In this document: positions 12,187 through 21,329 of the stretch, one piece after another
Layout: each line of letters opens with the position of its first letter
How positions within the stretch are numbered: position 1 is the stretch's first letter
Assembly (NCBI GenBank): GCA_963575745.1
Contig: CAUYUJ010000214.1
Span: 434,001 to 498,000, forward strand
Length of the DNA stretch: 64,000 nt
Reading direction: 5' to 3'
DNA from: Prorocentrum cordatum
Taxonomy: Eukaryota
Notes under the pieces: generated by a model
The model's database searches: none
The model's input: only the letters and a program-made list of their open reading frames with translations
What the model was told of the DNA's origin: nothing
Made by a program: the position numbers and the translations under genes

Positions 12187-14907
12187 CTTACAGAAAAAGA
12201 AAGATGGGGCGAAGTAGGATCAGAATGTGGATTTCGGTGCGTGGGACAAGCCAATCACGAGGGAATATGCGCATGCATGTACCACATTGGCGTACCGGCC
12301 GCAGCTATTGCGTCGCGCACACCTCGTTCACGCGCACGTTCCCCGCACGGTAGACATCCCCGCCATCCTTCCTCGCCTCCACAAGATGCAGAGAGATTTA
12401 GAACATTACTTATACGTTCATGCCGCAGCAATTTTACGACTCGAGCTACAAAGCTCACAGGCCTTCTGTTCGCCACGTGCGAGGCGAAAATAAGCGAGAT
12501 CGGTTCTAATCCCGGTACCCCCATCCACAAGATGGATCAGGCACAGCCGCTCAACCTCATCGGCTGGCCCATCGGCTACGACACGGAGTACGACTCGAAC
12601 GCCAAGGATGACGACCGCGTGGGCTTCACGTACCACGCTCAAACTGGCCGTCCTCGTGATCCTGATGATGGTTACATATACATACATCAACGGCGTGCTG
12701 ATCGCAGTGGAGAGTTTGATCTCCGCGTACCCGACGAATCCACTATTCGAGAAATTACCCGCTCTGCGTCCGCCGACGCCAAGAGTTGGATCAATGACAC
12801 GAATGGATCTGTCGGCGGCGACGCCAACTATGACTACAGCACGTTTACTGCTACACCGTGGCTGTCATTCATGCGGGCTATGTGTATGCTTTCCAGTCTC
12901 TTCAATCGTAATCCGTCTGTACGAGAAAGTGTTCGTGGTTTACATGATCATTTGAACGCGGTGATCCCAGGAACGCACCGCAAGTGCCCACCAGAGAACT
13001 TTACGACGATGATATTGAAAACGGAGTGGATGATGATTCACAACGATTGGTCCAAGATTGGCAGTGCAGTACTGGGACAATATGCCGAGGACAGCGTTCA
13101 GGATACACAAATATACTATTCAAATGGTCTTTGTGCACCATCCGATGTATACAGCAATGGATTGATAATTCCATGCGATGCTCCTAAACTTGATCGTACA
13201 ACGGCTAAGTTACCTACACGCCCACCTGGCGTAGCCAGGACATCAGATACATCTGGACACATCGGCCACATTGTTGAGGATAAGTTGGTCACCAACATGA
13301 GAGCATTTTCCGACCTTAACCAAACAAGCAAATTTCGCCGCAAGTTCACCACATGGTTGACGGCGCGCGGAGGCTTTGGAGGTATCGGATCACACCCCAA
13401 GACGGTGGCAACACCATCCGATCATCCAGAAGGCTGGGTGGCAATATCAGAGCATGACGGGGATATGACAAGTACCTATCGTTGGCAACCGTACAACGAG
13501 GGCAACGACTTCTTTGGCGAAGCCGCTGACCAGATCGACCCTGGTCTTACCCCTGGCCCTGATGTTGACCCACTCGAGCTGGACCAAGCAAAGTACAGCG
13601 CTTTCTGTGGTGGTCGTTTGGTTTCTACTCTTCTTTCAGATAATGGGTGGTGTTCCCTCGTACAAGAAGACTTGGGACTACTCTTGCATCATGCATTTGG
13701 TCCATCAGGGCACGCATGCAAATGGACCAACTTATACACCGACTCAACGTGGATTATGCAGGCCAAGAAAGGGGCCAAGAGCGCAAAACACAAGAAGTAC
13801 CCAACTTACGGCATCGACGAGCTCAACACTGCACATAAGCGAGAAGATCTCGCCAAGGCATCAAACGTTGCTCTCGTACCGCTGTTTATGCCGTGCCTCA
13901 ACCGCGCGGAATACATGGGCGGCGCTACTCTCGAGCATTTGTCGACCATGATCCGCGACGACATCATGATGTGGGCATTCTCCTTTGGCAATTATAAAGA
14001 ATGGTTCAGACAGAACGACACGCCGATCGGCCAAGATTGCGTTCGATTGCCAGAGGCTGGTGGAGACACCCGCTATGGTATGGGGGAGCTGCGTAACCAG
14101 CGTTTCGAAACACAGGAAACCCGTACCACAGCTATTCTCAACAACCAATGTGAGTGCACTCTCGAGCAGCGCAACATGATCAAGATGATCCGCGAAGCCA
14201 GAGGCCTCATGTTACACGGCGACAATGCCTCCATCAAAAAGTGGCGCGAGTTAAACGAGACTATCTGGAGCTACTGGGCCAATGATTTTCCAGCATATGT
14301 GAAACAAAGACATTATTGCAGGGGCCTCAATGCCATGGTGGTATGGAGCGCGAATGACATCGCATGCGCCAACCACGGACAGAACACCGTGGACATGCGT
14401 CGACATCAAATCCGTGCACCTACTGACGTATACGAGCTCCAGGAAATGGAATGTGAGGGTGGCGTCCCGACGCTCATGCCAGTACACGTGCACGTGGACG
14501 TATCACGTTTTGTCGATGTGATGCAGTACTTCCGCTGTCCCACAATCATGGGGCCTGGCCAAGCAGCACAATGGGGCGCACACCCGAACTTTGATCACCA
14601 CACGAACGACCTGATCAATATTATGCAAAATCGTGGTATCACTGTTCTTCCAGCAGATCACTGGGTTGAAGCGTACGATAGGATTACCCCGCAGGCTTGG
14701 CACGCAAAACAGAACAACCATAACATGGCGATGTTTACAACACAGTTCTGCGACGCAGTATGCTATCGTAACTTCTGCGCTTTGATTCAGTCACTGCCCT
14801 CTCAACCATATCCATTCAGGGCGCCATTACTGATTCCTGTCACGGATGAGCAGGCCTACACACAGGCCAAAGAGATCATGGCTGCTCTCGACTTCAGAGA
14901 AAGATGA
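12187..14907 (+). pseudogene. Cargo ORF 1, in frame with RNase H: Cys/His-rich linker plus SGNH/GDSL-hydrolase-like domain (about 13720-14790)
   Basis: Same frame as RNase H, separated only by TGA at 12184. Blocks LYTDS (13732-13746), GGAT (13918), VVWSAND (14338-14358) and QAWH (H at 14701) occur in the order of SGNH blocks I, II, III and V. Confidence 0.55.
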
Positions 14908-16080
14908 CAAACGAATGGAAAAGAGATCTCAGCCTCACGACGCTGATGACACAGACGGCAAGCGAAATGGCTCGTTGTGCGTGGATGGCACCATGTGCCG
15001 ATGGTACGTTGCCGGCATCACTGCCTGCTGACGCAGGCGACACAACGGAACCTATTCCTGGAATGCCGAAACGGACACCAGCACCTGATCCTAGCGAGCC
15101 AGACAAAGCTATCCCTGAAAATGAACCATGGGGTGTAGCATACGACGACTTATTCCAGTACCTCATGCTGTTGATCAACGGCTACCCTGGGGCGTGGGCA
15201 TCCTGGCATTCAGTCGAGAAACAAGAGCTCCTCCACCCCAAGATCATTAAAACGGTTGAAGATGCACATGCAGTTACTTGGGTTGTGTTCGAGCAGCTTT
15301 TACAACAGATTACTGACTCGGATGGAGATGATAACGCGACCAAATCACGACTCACTGCGGAAAACAACAGGTTGACTTCTCACTGCATCGGCCCTGCTGC
15401 CGAGAACGAGCGGACCATCATAGCATGCGAAACATTCTTCAGGCAGAATGCACTAGATCGCGTGGCATTGGGATATGATCCTGATGTTCCGACGTCCGTG
15501 CGGCGTGCGGCGGCTGATACAGAACAGCCAGCCCCACCAGGCCCATTGCCTGAACCACTGCAACCTGGACCGCAATTGTTAGACGTGCCACAGTCATCGA
15601 CTCCTGGACCAACAGCAGACCAGCAGCCAGCATATCAGCTCCCAAAGGCTGAGGCGGTACCGATCCCTGACGACGGCACTGACCTAGAGGCCATGGAGCT
15701 GGAGGCAACTCCTGCCGAAGAGGAATCTTCTCCACACGAGGTGAATTTATTATCATGGCAGGACAGCTGCGAGCGTTCCATGCATGAGGACATCAGCCAG
15801 GCCGGGATGTTCGATAACGCATGCACTATTCGAGAGTGGAAGCTGCAAGCGGGCATCAAGGACGACCATCCATACGTATGTCCACTACTGCGGGGTACAT
15901 CCGCGATCAATGGATTCGCCTGCCTGGAAAACAATGACTGGTACGAGCAACTGTTACACGATGATTGTGATTGCTCACGCGCCTGACATTGCACAGTCTG
16001 GTTGCTTTCCAGAATGGAAGTGGATATCGTTACCAAATTACGACGACGTACGTTATGGTCCCGAGTTACTTGATGATGAA

Positions 16081-16930
16081 TGGCTGGGAGCAGCCAAATA
16101 CATGAGCAAAGACATCACGACCATGTTACGCCACGAGATTCACTACAAAAAGTTCTATATCAATCAATTTCACGATAGACGTATCAACATTTGGACGAAA
16201 ACAACATATCGTGAATGGACTATTCCAAGCAATTGGAAATCCTTTCAGGAAATGGTTCAATGGAAATTCAAAGATCGCAATGACCACAACGGGCCGTCCA
16301 TGGACGCGGCCGTGTCACACTTCAAGAAAGATGGTGAAAATGATGGATATGCCGATTCGAACGATTATTACCCGATCTTCATCATTCGTGCGTTCCAGAA
16401 ACATATTGATCCGCAGAAAAATAGAATTGAGATATACGCCAAACCAATCCCCGAGGGAGGTGACCCCAGCTGTTTCGATTGGAACAGCGTCATTGCCATT
16501 CGATGTGTAGGGGGTCACAGTTGCGTTAATCCACTTCCAAACCATGGAATATGGGCTGGGAGAGCCTACAATGGACAGACGTGAAATACCTCCACCACGG
16601 CACAGCAGCCCGTGCTTGGCGCAACATCTTGAAGACAGGGATCATTCCAGGCTGCGTTGATCCATCTTCTCAGAGCGACAAGCATCATAAACCATCACAG
16701 CGAACGGAGGCATTCTTCAGTTCCAGCACATATTTAGACAATGCCCAGAAGAATCCCCACACCTCAGTAGAGTCATATGAGTTCTATCACTACAAGAACG
16801 AGGTCGAGCTAGTGATCAATATGGAGATCGCCACAAAAGCAGGTTGCAGATTTTGGCTGGGCGCTCAAGGCGCTATCATGACAGAGGACGTGGTTCCAGC
16901 TGCGGCAGTTATTGCCATTCGCCGCCTCAA
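16081..16930 (+). pseudogene. Tpt1/KptA-like RNA 2'-phosphotransferase (NAD+-dependent ADP-ribosyltransferase fold) inside the retrotransposon, frameshifted near 16548
   Basis: SKDITTMLRH (RH at 16129-16134), KNRI (R at 16423), IRCVGGHS (16498-16521); after the shift YLHHGT (HGT at 16596), ILKTGIIPG, RTEAFFS, LVINMEIATKAGCRFWLGAQGAIMTEDVVP. These match the Tpt1 motif series SK.L...LRH / K.R / IRA.QGHS / HGT / I...G / R....S / I.....A...G..F....NG..L....P. Confidence 0.82.
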
Positions 16931-17725
16931 ACCACATCACATGCACGGCCAGCAGATATGGCCAGACGGCGCCACATGGGAGTACCCGCCATTGGCCGCG
17001 AGACCGCCATTGAGCAAATACGAGATTTGCGCCTATCTTCCTGGAGAGTTCATCGAAGACCCCCCTGGGATTGCACCTGCTGGCACGGATCAGAACATGG
17101 AGCAGCCAAGGACAACGTCAGCATCCGCACCTTCGGCTCAGCTGGGGGCAACCCCTGCTAGCCGTATATATGGAGCCGATGCCTTGGATGAGCAAATGGT
17201 CCGTGCTATGATTGCGGGCACCAAGCACAAAGCAGATGATAAAGAATGGTTAATTGCCCTGTCATATTGCCGAGAGGCTCTGCGACCTATTACATCAAAG
17301 ATTACACAAAAAGATTGGGATCGTCGGCCTGCAATTAATGATGTTCGCATGGGGGACTTCATTATCATTAAGAATTGGGGATCTATCAAATGTTATCATT
17401 ATGACAACCACTACCCCAAAGGCAATCACAATACCAAGGTCCCCATGGATAAGGGCCACATATATATGTCCCAATCATTCATTTCGGAGTCTTTGACAAG
17501 TTCTTCGCGGTACAGATACCTATTCTCAACTACGGTTTACGAGGGGTGAACATATGGTACAATGACAAAAGCATGCCTCTCAAGGGCGTTGTCGTTGCAT
17601 TACCAATTCGTATCGACGAACATGCCATTGACCCGGCATAAAAGAATACTGTCCTGGAGGGACCATCCTCATGCCGTGACAAAATATTTCAGCACAAAAC
17701 TGATGGCAGTCTGCCATATCTTGGT

Positions 17726-20191
17726 ATGCCGAGCATTTATAGGCCACGCATTCCACGTACACCGACCAGACAGCCCGCCCCTCGGACACCCGATCCCGAA
17801 GAGCTGGTGGCCACACCTGCTGAAGATACCGCTCCTACGGACGATGGACCTCAACAAACTGCAGGCTCATCTGATGAACCTTTGGTTGCCGTTATCGTGA
17901 ATATATCAAACATATCGCTCACCGCTGAAGAAAAAGCAGCAAATGACAATATGAGAGCAGATCTATCAGCAGAGATCCAAGCAGACGAGCACGTTGATGC
18001 GAGCATACTCGACAACGTTATTGACCCGCCAGAAGATTTCCTCAACCACCCAGACTACGACCCAGAGGAGGATTCAAGGTGGAAAAAACAGTCATACGAC
18101 CGCCGTATACACCGCTGGACGTCGGAGTTGTTGGTGGATTCACCTATGATAAAGATGAAACAAATCATTGAGGTACACACTGGCGCGGACAGAATTGTGG
18201 TTGACAAAACACAATCGCACTTACGATTTGAGATTCAATTTGGATCCAAAGCATGGAATGCAGAGAAATACTATTTGAATTATGATCACACCCACACATG
18301 GGCACGCGACTTGCCAATTTGCAGTGCAGACCGCTTTTTCAAAAAGTTGGTGCACTACCTGGACCCAGAGAACATCGAGGAGTCGACGACAGGCGTCTTT
18401 CAATGGATCTCCAAAGTATATCAAAACATATTGATGGACAGTATTGCGGAGCTCCGTGGCTTCACAAAAGATGCCATCCATCAGAAACATCCTGCACTCC
18501 AAACGTTGCGTGATCTATTGAAACATTGCATCGACACATTCGGTAATCCAGACTTCCCCTTATGGAAGGAACTGGTGGAAACACCTGCCGCGCCACGTGG
18601 CCCAGGCGCGGAGCAGGATATTCCCCAGGACCCAGGCAGCGTTGCATCCGCAGCTCCTGATCAAGAAACCATGGTACGGATCATAGCCGAGCAGACGGGA
18701 GTCAACCGCGAGGAGGGCGACAACGGGTCCGCGTTGCAAGAGAAGGCTCGCCGTCTCCGTACTGAAAACGCATGCCATGGTGATGCCGATGATGCGGACA
18801 ACGACACAACAGAGCACATAGGACTGCCAGGGGAAAGATTGTCTAGGATCGAGATCGAGGGATTGAGTAGATCAATCGCTTCCCGACCGAATGCCGAGAT
18901 CAACCGCGAAGCCATGGACCAGATCGGCCGTAGTCTTGCTCGTGGTCAGGATACTCGCTGGGGATCCCGTGAGCACCTCACGACGGAGGGAGCCCCAGAA
19001 ACGATCCTGCATGATATCGCGCGATGTCGGAATTGCGGTCGAGACTTACCCCTTGGGATCGTCACAGGTGATGGTGCCCTTTGTGACATCTGTTGGCAGT
19101 ACACCGTGGCCGTAGGTGCTACGGGTAAAAGTACCGCCGCCCAGAGCGACCTAGCATACCTCCACAAGCTGACCAACTGGATCAAGATGACGCCCTCCCA
19201 GGATGACATCACGAGGTACATGAGAGACGGAGCGCAAGTCATTATGACGGGCGCGCGCTCATTCCCAGGTAATGAGAAAGATTCGCTGAGGAGAATGGCT
19301 AATGTGTCTAGAAAGAGGTATCAGAAGTGGGTCGACTCTGGTCGCCCTCCTGCACACGAGTGCAGACTGATGGGCGAGGCTGGTGACGACAGACCTCTGT
19401 ACTACCCATATGCCAATCTCGCTCAGCGCTTTCTCAACGATTTGAAGTTCCACCACCAAATGACAGGCGCTCGCGTGAACGTGGGCAAGAAGGCCTGGAA
19501 CGTGGACGACATGCGTGATGCATGCACGATCCTCGATACCAGCATCAGGACAGGACAAACTGGTCGGAAGAAAGGGTGGCTGAACGAGGGCAGACTCGAC
19601 AGGCAAACGCGGCAGGCTCGCGGACTTGTCACGATTGCCCCCCCTAGAAGGGATGGCACCCGTGAGAAAGTCACGCAGCGCAAGCTTGCTGCGATTGCTA
19701 GCGAGTTGTTGGGCTCCCTCGATCCGTCACATACCGACCAGAGGGGGGTTGATTCAGGGATGAGAACCGATCCGATCGAACCTGATACACACTCCCATCA
19801 GTCTGATGATGCCATGGGCCCGCGCCATCCACCGCCGCCGCCGCGCCCTGCCCCTGGCGATGCTGCACAGCCCAGCGCCTCTGGCGCGGCGGACCACATG
19901 CCCGCGGGGCCGCGCGCCAAGAGAGCGCGTACCACGGATTACGCCGCCTACTGGCGCGACGACCTTGAGGACAGTCATTGGGGTCTCAGGTATTGGAGCT
20001 ACTACATCAACTGTTGGATCTACATCGCGATGAACAACGACGAGTTCGTATACATCCACGACATCCAGTACAACGATTGGTTTCGTCACTGGATCCCGAG
20101 GACATATTGGGAGATGTTCACGACGAGCTACGCGACGTACAATGGCCAGAGGATGTGGGACCGCAGGTTCTACAAGAACGGCAACGCGTAG
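17726..20191 (+). CDS. Cargo C-terminal ORF (821 aa), function unknown; C4 zinc ribbon and W/Y-rich C-terminus
   Basis: Long clean ORF inside the element. CRNC-x15-CDIC at 19025-19093. The frame extends upstream to about 17465 across one TAA (17639) and joins the Tpt1-containing frame through a 2-nt slip in an (AT)n run. Confidence 0.7.
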   Translation: MPSIYRPRIPRTPTRQPAPRTPDPEELVATPAEDTAPTDDGPQQTAGSSDEPLVAVIVNISNISLTAEEKAANDNMRADLSAEIQADEHVDASILDNVIDPPEDFLNHPDYDPEEDSRWKKQSYDRRIHRWTSELLVDSPMIKMKQIIEVHTGADRIVVDKTQSHLRFEIQFGSKAWNAEKYYLNYDHTHTWARDLPICSADRFFKKLVHYLDPENIEESTTGVFQWISKVYQNILMDSIAELRGFTKDAIHQKHPALQTLRDLLKHCIDTFGNPDFPLWKELVETPAAPRGPGAEQDIPQDPGSVASAAPDQETMVRIIAEQTGVNREEGDNGSALQEKARRLRTENACHGDADDADNDTTEHIGLPGERLSRIEIEGLSRSIASRPNAEINREAMDQIGRSLARGQDTRWGSREHLTTEGAPETILHDIARCRNCGRDLPLGIVTGDGALCDICWQYTVAVGATGKSTAAQSDLAYLHKLTNWIKMTPSQDDITRYMRDGAQVIMTGARSFPGNEKDSLRRMANVSRKRYQKWVDSGRPPAHECRLMGEAGDDRPLYYPYANLAQRFLNDLKFHHQMTGARVNVGKKAWNVDDMRDACTILDTSIRTGQTGRKKGWLNEGRLDRQTRQARGLVTIAPPRRDGTREKVTQRKLAAIASELLGSLDPSHTDQRGVDSGMRTDPIEPDTHSHQSDDAMGPRHPPPPPRPAPGDAAQPSASGAADHMPAGPRAKRARTTDYAAYWRDDLEDSHWGLRYWSYYINCWIYIAMNNDEFVYIHDIQYNDWFRHWIPRTYWEMFTTSYATYNGQRMWDRRFYKNGNA

Positions 20192-20862
20192 GGAGTCGGC
20201 CGCAAGGCTCACCGCTCAAAGGCTTGAACTTCATTATAATTCAAGTTCGCCTTGAGCGGTGGCTATTACATACTTCTAGGCCACTTCGCTATACAACACA
20301 AGTGGCCACATATACAAACATCTTTTGCGATAACCGAGGCAACCTCCTACGGAGCAACGCCAACGGGGGTCGCCAAATAGAGTTTATATACATGCAGCTT
20401 TCGCGTTTATCAACACGACATTTCGTCTGGCCAGACACTTGCTTTTACATGCAGTTGCGTTCCGTAGCACGATCGCGTTCATCAGCGCGATCTTAGCGTG
20501 CATATTCATTACAGTATAACTACATTGCGCTGAGAATAATCTGACAGCTGGTGGCAACACCTGCCTCGCAAAGGCGAGGCAGATTACAAGTTGCTTTATT
20601 GTTCAGCTCTTCTTTCTCCGCCCACCCTTGTCTCATTCTTCTCCGCCCTCGAGTGCCGAAGCGTTTTGGGGGGCGCACCGAGGGGGCGCCAAAGTGTGCT
20701 TGGCGAAGAAATGGGGACCCAGGGTGTTCCTTCTTACTTTACTTTGCAGCTGAGGCTATACTGACTTTAAGCTCAGCTGCCTGCAGACCTGAGGATTAAG
20801 GAGTAAAAGGGTGACGGATTATTTTCCTCTGTTCCCGAGTCCTACCCTCACGGGCGGGATTC

Positions 20863-20873
20863 GGGACGGGGGG
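20863..20873 (+). promoter_or_regulatory. Polypurine tract
   Basis: GGGACGGGGGG immediately 5' of the 3' LTR. Confidence 0.8.
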
Positions 20874-21070
20874 TGTGAATAGAACCCGTGTAATACCTTC
20901 ATATATACTCCTTATCCTCACCTCTCCTGCGCCTGGCCGTTTGGGCTCAGGTATTGGGACGGATCGATCAGACCTTTGATCGTGCAGGAGGGAAATGCAT
21001 CCATCTATCCCTCCTTCCCTCTACCGACGGATCAGGGGTTCTGTGCCCTTGTACTTCAACCCCATACACA
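20874..21070 (+). repeat. 3' LTR (197 bp)
   Basis: TGTGAATAG...CCCATACACA followed by the TSD GAAGG. Confidence 0.97.
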
Positions 21071-21269
21071 GAAGGTATCGGCGATTCCAGCCGACGATGC
21101 CGACGACAAGTTGCCGGATGAGGACATCCAGGAGGCGCAGGCGGAAGGAGCCGCGCTGGCGGCCGGGCCCGCCCCGACGCCTCGAGGAGCAGGTGCGGCG
21201 CAGCTCTGGGCGCCGAGGCCTGGCGACGGGGCTCGCGCCAAGCAGCGGCGGTGGGCCAAGACGCGACGG

Positions 21270-21329
<60 letters not shown>

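Larger units (their letters stand above)
3150..21070 (+). mobile_element. Giant (17,921 bp) full-length Ty1/copia LTR retrotransposon with about 8 kb of extra coding cargo after RNase H
   Basis: Direct 197-bp LTRs with TG...CA ends. Identical 5-bp flanks GAAGG at 3145-3149 and 21071-21075. PBS directly after the 5' LTR and PPT directly before the 3' LTR. Domain order PR (DSG), integrase (HHCC, DDE), RT (YVDD), RNase H is the copia order. Confidence 0.97.

Noticed and set aside
6971..17641. Stop-codon reassignment (alternative genetic code) to explain the in-frame stops
   Set aside because: All three stop types occur alongside frameshifts, including inside RT, and the LTRs have diverged, so ordinary decay suffices. 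The ENT gene ends normally at TGA.
12187..20191. Cargo as an env gene
   Set aside because: No signal peptide, transmembrane anchor or fusion-protein pattern is visible; the motifs point to enzymes instead.
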